From Pseudomonas aeruginosa (GTDB lineage Bacteria; Pseudomonadota; Gammaproteobacteria; Pseudomonadales; Pseudomonadaceae), in contig NZ_LN831024.1 of NCBI RefSeq assembly GCF_001457615.1, positions 780,001 through 812,000 of the forward strand: DNA of 32,000 bases. Direction: 5' to 3'. The notes under the pieces are model-generated. The model was not told the origin of the DNA. It made no database searches and saw only the letters and a list, made by a program, of their open reading frames with translations. Both the position numbers and the translations under genes were made by a program. Positions 1 through 9,260 of the stretch are shown here, piece by piece. Each line of letters starts with the position of its first letter. Position 1 is the first letter of the stretch.

Positions 1-2592
1 CGCGGCGAGCACCAGGTAGATCACCACCAGGGCGGCGAGGAAGGCGAACACCAGGGTGTTGCCTTCCTGGGTGTATTGCCGCGAGTCGGATTGCCAGTCG
101 TGGCTGAAGCCGGCCGGCAGGCCGCGCGCCACGTCGTCGAGGAAGGCCACCGCCTGGCCCATGGAGACGCCGGGCGCGGGGATCGCCTGGAGGGTCGCGG
201 CGTTCTGCTGGTCGAACTGGATCAGCTTGTTCGGTTCGACCTGAAGCTCCACCCGGACCACCGTCGACAGCGGCACCAGGTTGCCGTCCTGGGTGCGCAC
301 GAACTGTCGTGCCAGCGCTTGCGGAGTGAAACGCTGGTCGCGCAGGCTCTGTGGGATCACGTCGTAGGAGCGGCCCTCCATGCCGAAGCGGTTGACGTAG
401 TTCTCGCCCACCAGCACCGCCAGCGACTCGCCGATGTCCTGCATGCGGATGCCCAGGCTGTTGGCCTTGGCGCGGTCGATGCGGACCTGGACCACCGGGT
501 TGTTGTAGTCGAGGTCGCTGTCGACCACCACGAACAGCCCGCTCTGTCGGGCCTTCTGCTTGATCTCTTCCATGGTCCGGTAGAGCACCGGATAGTCCTG
601 CGGGCTGCGCAGCACCATCTGCACCGGCAGGCCGCCGGTGGAGCCGGGCAGGGCGGCCAACTGGAAGGCGAAGATGCTGCTGCCCTCGACATCGCCGACC
701 TTGCCTTGCAGCTCGGACTGGATCGCCGAGGCGTCGCGCTCGCGCTTTTCCCAGGCCGCCAGGTTGATCCCGCCGAAGCTCGCCGCCGGTCCGTCGGTGC
801 CGTTGATGATCCAGGTGCTCACGGTTTCCGGGATGCTGGTGTAGACCTGGTCGAGCTTGCGCGCGAACAGTTCGACATAGTCGAGGTTGGCGTGCTGCGG
901 CGCCTTGATCGCGGTGAGCACCGCGGCCTGGTCCTCGGTCGGCGCCAGTTCGCGCTTGGGCATCGAATACAGCAGCGGCAGGCTGATGCACACCAGCAAT
1001 GCCAGGCCGCCGGTCAGCCAGCGGTGGCCCAGGGAGAACTCCAGGACCTGCCCGTAGCGCCGCGTCAGGCCGCCGAAGAACCACTCGGCGGCGCGGCCCA
1101 TGCGCCCCTCGTTCTGGTGCGCCTGGAGCAGCAGCGAACTCATCACCGGCGACAGGGTCAGCGCCACCACCCCGGACACGATCACCGCGCCCGCCAGGGT
1201 CAGGGCGAACTCGCGGAACAGCGCGCCGGTGAGGCCGCCCATCAGGCCGATGGGGGTGTACACGGCGGCCAGGGTGATGGTCATGGCGATCACCGGGCCG
1301 GCCACTTCGCGGGCGCCGATCAGCGCCGCCGCCACCGGCGACTTGCCTTCCTCGATGTGGCGGTGGACGTTCTCCACCACCACGATGGCGTCGTCCACCA
1401 CCAGCCCGATGGCCAGCACCATCGCCAGCAGGGTCAGCAGGTTGACGCTGAAGCCGAAGGCCAGCATCAGCGCGGCGGCGCCGAGCATCGACAGGGGAAT
1501 GGTCGCCACCGGGATCAGCACGCTGCGCAGCGAGCCGAGGCAGAGGTAGATCACCAGCACCACGATCAGCAGCGCTTCCACCAGGGTCCGCACCACCTCG
1601 TCGATGGAGGCCTGGATGAAGCGCGAAGTCTCGTAGGCGAGGTCGACGCGGACATCCGGCGGCAGGGTCTTCTGGATCTCCGGCAGCAGCTTGCGGATGC
1701 CGTCGACGATCACCAGCGGGTTGCCGGTGGGCGTCGGGAACAACCCCAGGTGCACCGCCGGGTCGCCGTCCATCAGTGCGCTGGTCTCGGTGGCCGCGGC
1801 GCCCAGTTCGACGGTACCGACGTCGCGCAGGCGCACCAGGCCGTTGCCATCGTTGCGGATGACCATCTCGCGGAAGTCGTCGACGTTGGTCAGGTCGGTG
1901 TTGACCCGCACGTTGGACAGCACGTACTGCCCCTTCACCATCCCCGGCGCCGCCTGGTAGTTGTTGCGGCGGATCGCCTCGGCCACGTCGGAGGCGGTCA
2001 GGCCGCGCCCGGCGAGGCGGTCGGCGTCGAGCCAGAGGCGCATGGCCAGGCGCTGGCCGCCAAAGGTCTGGACCTTGGCCACGCCGTCGATGGAAGAGAA
2101 CATCGGCTCGACCACCCGCGACAGGTAGTCGGTCAACGCCGGGATCGGCAGGGTCTTGCTGGAAAAGCCGACGTAGGCTACCGCGGTGGTCTCGCCGGAA
2201 GAGCGTTCGATCACCGAGTCGTAGGCACGCTCGGGCAGCTTGTAGCGCACCGAGTTGACCTTGGCCATGGTCTCGGTCATCGCCTGGGTCGAATCGCGGT
2301 TGAGCAGCATGCGGATGGTCACCACGCTACGCCCCTGCACCGAGGTCGAGGAAAGGTAGTCGATGCCCTCCACCGACGACACCGCCTGGGCGATCGGCTG
2401 GGTGACGAAGCCTTGCATGAGATCGGCGGAGGCGCCGGGGTACTCGGTGGTGACGGTGATGGTCGAGCTTTCCAGCAGCGGGTACTGGCGGATCGGCAGC
2501 TTGCCCAGGGAGAACAGGCCGAGCAGCAGGATCAGCGTGCTGACCACCAGCGCCAGCACCGGCCGGCGAACGAACAGGTCGGTAAAGGTCAT
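1..2592 (-). CDS. mexI: RND (HAE1) inner-membrane efflux pump. N-terminal ~864 codons only; the 3' end lies beyond the left edge.
   Basis: ATG at 2592-2590 on the minus strand, 12 nt after the MFP gene stop. The first codons, translated by eye, read MTFTDLFVRRPVLALVVSTLILLL, a canonical RND pump N-terminus. The ORF is absent from the track because it has no stop in the window. Frame continuity to position 1 is assumed, not fully checked. It follows mexG-mexH in the operon. Confidence 0.88.
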   Translation of the reverse strand, partial: MTFTDLFVRRPVLALVVSTLILLLGLFSLGKLPIRQYPLLESSTITVTTEYPGASADLMQGFVTQPIAQAVSSVEGIDYLSSTSVQGRSVVTIRMLLNRDSTQAMTETMAKVNSVRYKLPERAYDSVIERSSGETTAVAYVGFSSKTLPIPALTDYLSRVVEPMFSSIDGVAKVQTFGGQRLAMRLWLDADRLAGRGLTASDVAEAIRRNNYQAAPGMVKGQYVLSNVRVNTDLTNVDDFREMVIRNDGNGLVRLRDVGTVELGAAATETSALMDGDPAVHLGLFPTPTGNPLVIVDGIRKLLPEIQKTLPPDVRVDLAYETSRFIQASIDEVVRTLVEALLIVVLVIYLCLGSLRSVLIPVATIPLSMLGAAALMLAFGFSVNLLTLLAMVLAIGLVVDDAIVVVENVHRHIEEGKSPVAAALIGAREVAGPVIAMTITLAAVYTPIGLMGGLTGALFREFALTLAGAVIVSGVVALTLSPVMSSLLLQAHQNEGRMGRAAEWFFGGLTRRYGQVLEFSLGHRWLTGGLALLVCISLPLLYSMPKRELAPTEDQAAVLTAIKAPQHANLDYVELFARKLDQVYTSIPETVSTWIINGTDGPAASFGGINLAAWEKRERDASAIQSELQGKVGDVEGSSIFAFQLAALPGSTGGLPVQMVLRSPQDYPVLYRTMEEIKQKARQSGLFVVVDSDLDYNNPVVQVRIDRAKANSLGIRMQDIGESLAVLVGENYVNRFGMEGRSYDVIPQSLRDQRFTPQALARQFVRTQDGNLVPLSTVVRVELQVEPNKLIQFDQQNAATLQAIPAPGVSMGQAVAFLDDVARGLPAGFSHDWQSDSRQYTQEGNTLVFAFLAALVVIYLVLAA

Positions 2593-2604
2593 CGCGGGGT
2601 TCCT

Positions 2605-3717
2605 TCAGCGGCCTGCGACCGGCACGGGGGGCGCGGCGCTGCTCAGGGTGTCTTCCTTGACCGGTTCCACGGCCATCCCGTCGCTCAGGTTGATCTGTCC
2701 GGAAGTCACTACCCGGTCGCCCTCGGCGAGGCCCTGGAGGATTTCCACGCGACCGTCCCAGCGCTCGCCGATCCGCACCGAGACGCGCTTGGCGCTGAGC
2801 GGCCGGTCGCCGTCCTGGTGGGCGACGAACACGGTGTCGCCGTAGGCGGTGTAGGTGACCGCGGTTTCCGGCACGCTCAGCGACGGCGCGTCGGCTTTGC
2901 GCGAGACCCGGATGCTGGCGAACATGCCGGCGGCGAGCAGGCCTTCGGGGTTGTCCAGCAAGGCCTGGACCTGCACCGTGCGCGACTTGCCGATCAGCGG
3001 GTCGATGGCGCTGATGCGCGCCGGGAAGCTGCGCCCCGGATAGGCGTCGACCAGGACCTCGAGGGGCTGGCCGAGCTTCAGCTCGGGGCTGGTGCTTTCG
3101 TCCAGGGAGAAATTGCTTTTCAGGGTCCGCGCATCCACCAGGCTGGCCACCGGCTCGGCGACGCCGAGGTACTGGCCGAGGTGCACGCGGCGGATGCCGA
3201 GCTGGCCGGAGAAGGGCGCGCGGATCGCCTTCTGGTCGATCAGCGCCTGGGTCTGGCGCACCGCGCCGAGCGCCATGTCGCGGGCGGCGACGGCGTTGTC
3301 CAGCTGTTCCTGCGAGGCGACGTTGCGCTCTACCAGCTTGCGCGCACGGGCATGGAGGATCTCGGCATTGCGCAACTGCGCCTTGAGACGGATCAGCTCG
3401 GCCTGTTCCACCGCGTCGTTGAGTTGCACCAGCAACTGCCCTTGCTGCACCTGCTGGCCCGATTCGAAGGCGATGCGGGTGATCCGTCCTGCCGCTTCGG
3501 CGGCCACCTGGACCTGGCGACCGGCCTCCAGCTCGCCGACGCCATCGAAGACGCGCGGCACCACCCGCCGCTCCACCGAGGCGAGGGCGACCTTTACCGG
3601 CGGGTAGCCGGCGAAACCGCCGGCGTCTTTCTTCGCCGAGCCGGTGGCGTAGACGGCGATGCCGATAACCGCCGCGCAGATGAGCGCGGCACTGGCGATC
3701 AGGACGGGTTTCTGCAT
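2605..3717 (-). CDS. mexH: RND membrane fusion (periplasmic adaptor) protein, HlyD family, 370 aa
   Basis: Track ORF of 370 aa with an N-terminal membrane anchor (MQKPVLIASAALICAAVIGIAVYA). It has coiled-coil and barrel-sandwich MFP-like sequence. It sits 7 nt after mexG and 12 nt before the RND pump gene. Confidence 0.9.
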   Translation of the reverse strand: MQKPVLIASAALICAAVIGIAVYATGSAKKDAGGFAGYPPVKVALASVERRVVPRVFDGVGELEAGRQVQVAAEAAGRITRIAFESGQQVQQGQLLVQLNDAVEQAELIRLKAQLRNAEILHARARKLVERNVASQEQLDNAVAARDMALGAVRQTQALIDQKAIRAPFSGQLGIRRVHLGQYLGVAEPVASLVDARTLKSNFSLDESTSPELKLGQPLEVLVDAYPGRSFPARISAIDPLIGKSRTVQVQALLDNPEGLLAAGMFASIRVSRKADAPSLSVPETAVTYTAYGDTVFVAHQDGDRPLSAKRVSVRIGERWDGRVEILQGLAEGDRVVTSGQINLSDGMAVEPVKEDTLSSAAPPVPVAGR

Positions 3718-3724
3718 GATCGCC

Positions 3725-4171
3725 TCAGGCCTTCTGGTAGGTGGCGGCCACGGAGACGTCCTGGCGCAGCCGCTGGCGTTGCGCGCTGGCGATGGCCGTG
3801 GCGATCAGGCCGCCGATCACCGCGATGTGCTCGAGGGCGAAGAACATCGCCAGCTTGGCTTCGACGCCGGTCTTGCTCCAGAAGGTGTGGACGATGAGGA
3901 TGGTCAGCAGCAGGAACACCGCCAGCGCCCCGGCGCCGAGCCATAGCTTGCGGTCCAGCAGGACCAGCGCGGAGCCGGCCAGCAGGGTCACGGCGGTGGC
4001 GATGTTGAACAGCCAGGCCGGCTCCAGGCCGGCGGCGCGCATTTCCTCCAGGCTGGCCTGATAGTCGAACAGCTTCGCCAGTCCCGAGGCGACGAACATC
4101 AGGGCCAGGCAGATCCGGGCGGTCAGCCAGAGCCAGTTGCTTTCGAGCGAGTTATCGATGAAGCGCTGCAT
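3725..4171 (-). CDS. mexG: DoxX-family small integral membrane protein, 148 aa, first gene of the efflux operon
   Basis: Track ORF of 148 aa with about four hydrophobic segments. AAGGAA lies upstream of the ATG. It is located directly downstream of a SoxR-box promoter, matching the mexGHI-opmD organisation. Confidence 0.88.
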   Translation of the reverse strand: MQRFIDNSLESNWLWLTARICLALMFVASGLAKLFDYQASLEEMRAAGLEPAWLFNIATAVTLLAGSALVLLDRKLWLGAGALAVFLLLTILIVHTFWSKTGVEAKLAMFFALEHIAVIGGLIATAIASAQRQRLRQDVSVAATYQKA

Positions 4172-4268
4172 GGGTCGTTCCTTGTGCTGGTCGCCATCCG
4201 GCGCCGCGAAGCGGCCGTGGGGGCGGTTCGTGGTCCTGGGGAAACGGGGCGGTATGACCGCAGCGGGG

Positions 4269-4299
4269 ACTATAAAACCTCAAGTTAAGTTGAGGTCAA
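4269..4299 (-). promoter_or_regulatory. SoxR (MerR-family) box embedded in the mexG promoter
   Basis: The minus strand reads TTGACC (4299-4294), a 19-nt spacer, then TATAGT (4274-4269). The near-palindrome ACCTCAAGTTAAGTTGAGGT (4277-4296) has 7-bp perfect arms and fills the spacer. It closely resembles the E. coli soxS SoxR box CCTCAAGTTAACTTGAGG. The overlong 19-bp spacer is the MerR-family hallmark. Confidence 0.85.
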
Positions 4300-4596
4300 G
4301 GGCGTCTGTGATTAGCGCTATAGGCCTTGCTGGGCGTGGGTTGCAGGTGGATTCGTTGGTGTCGCGGGACGGTGGGGTGAGGGGCTGACGATTGGTCGCG
4401 GGGACTATTGGGGGAGGGGCTGGGTGTAGCTTGCGGGCAACCCGTCGCGACGGTTCCCCCTGGAGCGAGACGCCTTCGCGGCATCACTGTCGCTCGACCC
4501 GCTGCGCGACGATTCGACCTCCTGCCGGGGCGAGTTAGCTACCCCATCGTCTGGAGGGCAAGCATGGCAAACCTCTACGTGGCGGATCCTGGTTCC

Positions 4597-4677
4597 GTAG
4601 GGCGAATAACCGCTTGCGGTTATCCGCCGGTTCTCCGGGACAGCGGCGGATAACGCCCCTGGCGTTATTCGCCCTAC
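4597..4677. repeat. Inverted pair of REP-like elements
   Basis: GTAGGGCGAATAACCGC-TT-GCGGTTATCCGCC (4597-4628) faces GGCGGATAACGCC-CCT-GGCGTTATTCGCCCTAC (ending at 4677). Each unit has its own 8-bp hairpin (ATAACCGC/GCGGTTAT and ATAACGCC/GGCGTTAT). The outer ends GTAGGGCGAATAAC and GTTATTCGCCCTAC are complementary. Confidence 0.8.
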
Positions 4678-4751
4678 AGGACTTGCCGTATGTGGGCGGA
4701 AGCTCCATGCCTGTGGGCCTTGGAGCCAGGGCGGGCTTCGGGTCTGGCTCC

Positions 4752-4807
4752 GTAGTGCGGATGACCGCTTAGCGCCGATCCGCCGGCCCAGCGGCGTATC
4801 GGCGGAT
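4752..4807. repeat. Degenerate REP-like copy plus an 8-bp-stem hairpin just downstream of ppgL
   Basis: GTAGTGCGGATGACCGCTTAGCGCCGATCCGCCGG (4752-4785) aligns with the REP unit at 4597. ATCCGCCG (4778-4785) pairs with CGGCGGAT (4800-4807) across a 14-nt loop. The hairpin begins 14 nt after the ppgL stop and has no U-tract. Confidence 0.55.
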
Positions 4808-4821
4808 GGCCGAGCGCAAGG

Positions 4822-5988
4822 TCACGGCACCGCCACGAAGCGCAGATCGCTCGGCGACCCCACCTCGACGCTTTGCAGCGTCTTGCCCACCTGGCCGCTC
4901 TGCGGATCGCGGGCGAACACCCGCAACTGGTCGCTGTTCTGGTTGGCCACGAGGACGAAGCGCCCGCCGGGCGAGAAGGCGAATTCGCGCGGCTCGGTGC
5001 CTTCCACCGAGCGCCGTTCGACGAAACGCAACTGGCCGCTGGCCGGGTCGACGGTGAAGGTCACCAGTTGGTTGTCGTCGCCGCGATTGAGCACGCCGAG
5101 GAAGCGGCCGTCGGCGGACAGGTGCAGGGCGCCGGCGCCGACTTTGCCCTGGAAGCCGGCAGGCGCCAGGTCGTGGGTCTGCAACTGGCGCAGGCGGCCA
5201 TTGCCCTCATGGGCGAACACCATCACCTGGCCGCTCAGTTCCAGGGTCAGGTAGGCGAAACGCCCGTCGGCGCTGAAGATCAGATGGCGCGGGCCGCTGC
5301 CGGGCGGGGTCGGGACGAATGCCGGATCGGCCGCCTGCAGCGGACGTTCGGCCTGTTCCGGGGCGTAGCGGTAGACGAATACCTTGTCGGCGCCGAGGTC
5401 GGGGGCGAACAGGTACTGGCCGTCGGGCGAGGACACCACCGAGTGCACATGACCGGAAACCTGGCGCGGATGCACCTTGCTGGCCTGGTGCGACTCCACC
5501 TGCACCACCGGCGCCAGCGAGCCGTCCGCGCGCACCGGCAGTACCGCCACCGAGCCTTCCGGCTGTACCGAGTAGTTGGCGACGAACAGGTAGCGACCGT
5601 CGTGGCTGAGGCTGCTGTAGGTCGGATGATCGCCGAGGGTCTGGACCTGGCTGATCTGTTGCAGGCGGCCGCTGATCGGATCGAAACGGTAGGACGTGGC
5701 GCGACCGACGGTATCGCCCTTGCCGCCCCGTCCGTTCTCGTTGACCACGAACAGAGTGCGTTGGTCCGGGGCGAAGGTCAGGTATGAGGGGTTGCTGGTA
5801 TGGGCCACGCGCAGCGGGCCTTTCACCGAGCCGTCGGCGCCGTCGAAGCGGTAGACCTGGATGCCTTCGCTGGAGCCTTCGGTATAGGTCCCCACCAGCA
5901 GGTTGTAGAGGCTGGCGGCCTGTGCCTGGGGCGCCACGCCGGTGAGCGGCGCGAGGGCCAGCAGGCAGAGGGTGGGCAGTCTTCTCAT
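4822..5988 (-). CDS. ppgL: Periplasmic 7-bladed beta-propeller lactonase (gluconolactonase-type), 388 aa
   Basis: The track ORF starts at a TTG (5994) that abuts the AAGGAG box. The ATG at 5988 lies 6 nt after AAGGAG and is preferred. Signal peptide: MRRLPTLCLLALAPLTGVAPQAQA/AS. The sequence is lactonase/propeller-like and the gene sits between nmoR and mexG. Confidence 0.85.
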   Translation of the reverse strand: MRRLPTLCLLALAPLTGVAPQAQAASLYNLLVGTYTEGSSEGIQVYRFDGADGSVKGPLRVAHTSNPSYLTFAPDQRTLFVVNENGRGGKGDTVGRATSYRFDPISGRLQQISQVQTLGDHPTYSSLSHDGRYLFVANYSVQPEGSVAVLPVRADGSLAPVVQVESHQASKVHPRQVSGHVHSVVSSPDGQYLFAPDLGADKVFVYRYAPEQAERPLQAADPAFVPTPPGSGPRHLIFSADGRFAYLTLELSGQVMVFAHEGNGRLRQLQTHDLAPAGFQGKVGAGALHLSADGRFLGVLNRGDDNQLVTFTVDPASGQLRFVERRSVEGTEPREFAFSPGGRFVLVANQNSDQLRVFARDPQSGQVGKTLQSVEVGSPSDLRFVAVP

Positions 5989-6067
5989 GGGCAACTCCTT
6001 GGCTCGCTATTGTTCTGATGGCTCGGGGTTGGACCGGAGCCAGGCCGTTGGGTTCGCCCCTGGCCGC

Positions 6068-6922
6068 TCAGTCGCCGGCCTGGCCCAGCACGCCGCGCCA
6101 GCGTTCGAAGGCGGCGGTCGCGTAGCCTTCGCGCCAGACCAGCCAGGTGTCTACTTCGGCAAGGGGCAGGCTGCGCAGCGGCGGCGTGCCGAGCAGTTGC
6201 AGCACCGAGCGCGGCAGCACGCCGACACAGGCGCCGGCGGCGACGCAGGCGAGGATCGCATGGTAGGAGCCGACTTCCTGCACCGTCAGCGGCGTGCCCA
6301 GGCTGTCCTCGGCCAGTTGCCGGTAGGTGCAGCCACGGGCGAAGCCGGCCAGGGTGCGCAGGCGCACCTCGGCGACGTCGTGGACCGGCGGGTGTTCGGC
6401 CGGCAGGATCATCAGCAGGTCCTCGCGGAACAGCGGCTCGCCGCGCAGGCCGCTGCCATCGAGTTCGCCGGCCCAGCCCGGGCCGGCGGCCACCAGCGCG
6501 CAGTCCAGGCGCCGCGCCCGCACCCCATCGAACAACGCGCGACTGGTGCCGGTGGAGACTTCCAGGGCGACCCGCGGACAGGCCTTGTGATAGCTCGCCA
6601 GCAGCGCCGGCAGGCGGTTGGCCGCGGTGCTTTCCATGCTGCCCAGGCGCAGGCGCCCGCCGGGCTCGGCGGGATGCATCGACTGACGCGCCTCGTCGGC
6701 GAGAGCCAGCAACTGCTCGGCGTAGGCGAGGAATTCGCTGCCGCGTTCGGTCAGGCTCATGCGCTTGCCGTCGCGCAGGAACAGTTCGACGCCCAGGTCC
6801 TCCTCGAGCTGGCGGATCCGCGTGGTGACGTTCGACTGCGCTCGCTGCAACCGCTGAGCGGCGCGGGTGACGCTGGCTTCGTGGGCGACCGCGCGGAAGA
6901 TTTCGAGGGAGGAAAGGTCCAT
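6068..6922 (-). CDS. nmoR: LysR-family transcriptional regulator, 284 aa
   Basis: N-terminal HTH: [43 protein letters not shown]. It is divergent from a nitronate monooxygenase gene across an AT-rich 107-bp region. Confidence 0.85.
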   Translation of the reverse strand: MDLSSLEIFRAVAHEASVTRAAQRLQRAQSNVTTRIRQLEEDLGVELFLRDGKRMSLTERGSEFLAYAEQLLALADEARQSMHPAEPGGRLRLGSMESTAANRLPALLASYHKACPRVALEVSTGTSRALFDGVRARRLDCALVAAGPGWAGELDGSGLRGEPLFREDLLMILPAEHPPVHDVAEVRLRTLAGFARGCTYRQLAEDSLGTPLTVQEVGSYHAILACVAAGACVGVLPRSVLQLLGTPPLRSLPLAEVDTWLVWREGYATAAFERWRGVLGQAGD

Positions 6923-7029
6923 CGATCTATCTCTTTATGAGAATGAATTGTTAAAAATATTCTTTTATGAAGATATATTGGTCAAGCGTCGGCCGACGCG
7001 GTGTCGTCCGACCGGGAGAGGGAATCGCC
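6923..7029. promoter_or_regulatory. Divergent nmoR/nmoA control region (AT-rich, with repeats)
   Basis: Direct repeats CTTTATGA (6933-6940) and CTTTTATGA (6962-6970). Inverted repeat AGAAT (6940-6944) / ATTCT (6959-6963). Candidate plus-strand promoter: TTAAAA (6951-6956), 17 nt, TATATT (6974-6979). GGGAGAGGG lies before the nmoA ATG. Confidence 0.5.
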
Positions 7030-8085
7030 ATGACTGACCGCTTCACGCGCCTGCTCGGCATCCAGCAGCCGATCATCCAGGCACCCATGCTCGGCGTCTC
7101 CACGCCGGCGCTGGCCGCCGCCGTATCCAACGCCGGCGGGCTCGGTTCGATCGCCATCACCGGTAGCGCCGCCGAGAAAGGCCGGGCGCTGATCCGCGAG
7201 GTGCGCGGGCTGACCGACAAGCCGTTCAACGTCAACCTGTTCTGCCACCGCCCGGGGCAGGCCGACCCGGCCCGCGAGCGCGCCTGGCTGGACTACCTGA
7301 AGCCGCTGTTCGCCGAGTTCGGCGCCGAGCCGCCGGCGCGCCTGAACAACATCTACCTGAGCTTCCTCGAAGACCCGACCCTGCTGCCGATGCTGCTGGA
7401 AGAGCGGCCGGCGGCGGTCAGCTTCCATTTCGGCGCGCCGCCCCGCGACCAGGTTCGCGCGTTGCAGGCGGCGGGCATCCGCGTACTGGTCAGTGCCACC
7501 ACGCCGGAGGAAGCGGCCCTGGTGGAGGCCGCCGGCGCCGATGCGGTGGTCGCCCAGGGCATCGAGGCCGGTGGCCATCGCGGGGTGTTCGAGCCGGAGC
7601 GCGGCGACGCCGCCATCGGCACCCTGGCGCTGGTCCGCCTGCTGGCGGCGCGCGGTTCGCTACCGGTGGTGGCTGCCGGCGGGATCATGGACGGACGGGG
7701 CATCCGCGCCGCCCTGGAGCTGGGCGCGAGCGCCGTGCAGATGGGCACCGCCTTCGTCCTCTGTCCGGAGTCCTCGGCCAACGCCGCCTACCGCGAGGCG
7801 CTGAAGGGGCCGCGCGCGGCGCGCACCGCGCTGACCGTGACCATGTCCGGGCGCAGCGCCCGCGGCCTGCCCAACCGGATGTTCTTCGATGCCGCCGCGC
7901 CTGGAGTGCCGCCCTTGCCGGACTATCCGTTCGTCTACGACGCGACCAAAGCGTTGCAGACCGCCGCTCTGGCTCGCGGCAACCATGATTTCGCCGCCCA
8001 GTGGGCCGGCCAGGGCGCGGCGCTGGCGCGGGAGCTGCCGGCCGCCGAACTGCTGCGCACACTGGTCGAGGAACTGCGCGGCTGA
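7030..8085 (+). CDS. nmoA: Nitronate monooxygenase (2-nitropropane dioxygenase family, FMN), 351 aa
   Basis: The start at ATG 7030 is preceded by GGGAGAGGG; the track ORF's upstream start at 6967 falls in the AT-rich promoter. The motif GIQQPIIQAPMLGVSTPALAAAVSNAGGLGSI is typical of NMO-family enzymes. Confidence 0.88.
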   Translation: MTDRFTRLLGIQQPIIQAPMLGVSTPALAAAVSNAGGLGSIAITGSAAEKGRALIREVRGLTDKPFNVNLFCHRPGQADPARERAWLDYLKPLFAEFGAEPPARLNNIYLSFLEDPTLLPMLLEERPAAVSFHFGAPPRDQVRALQAAGIRVLVSATTPEEAALVEAAGADAVVAQGIEAGGHRGVFEPERGDAAIGTLALVRLLAARGSLPVVAAGGIMDGRGIRAALELGASAVQMGTAFVLCPESSANAAYREALKGPRAARTALTVTMSGRSARGLPNRMFFDAAAPGVPPLPDYPFVYDATKALQTAALARGNHDFAAQWAGQGAALARELPAAELLRTLVEELRG

Positions 8086-8114
8086 GGGAGGCCGTTCGCT
8101 GCGCGCGACGATGA

Positions 8115-9221
<1,107 letters not shown>

Positions 9222-9226
9222 TTCCC

Positions 9227-9251
9227 GCGGCCCGCCGCCGGGGCGGGCCGC
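9227..9251. terminator. GC-rich hairpin between convergent ddlA and the MBL hydrolase gene (putative bidirectional terminator)
   Basis: GCGGCCCGCC (9227-9236) pairs with GGCGGGCCGC (9242-9251) across a 5-nt loop. A short TTT (9255-9257) follows on the plus strand. The hairpin lies 6 nt after the ddlA stop and 10 nt before the minus-strand gene's stop. Confidence 0.6.
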
Positions 9252-9260
9252 GCCTTTCGC

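Noticed and set aside
76-3897. 1273-aa plus-strand ORF spanning the whole mexI-mexH-mexG region
   Set aside because: It is an antisense shadow ORF typical of GC-rich DNA. The product is low-complexity (Arg/Gly/His/Ala/Asp/Gln runs) with no motif, RBS or domain. The opposite strand encodes three recognisable, tightly packed efflux genes.
4263-4408. Exact 11-mer GCGGGGACTAT at 4263-4273 (contains the mexG -10) and again at 4398-4408, as a possible second promoter
   Set aside because: The second copy gives AATAGT with no -35 or SoxR box at the proper distance. My rough chance expectation of about 0.05 in this gap is only marginal. The second copy is better explained as the first G-run of the quadruplex motif reported separately.
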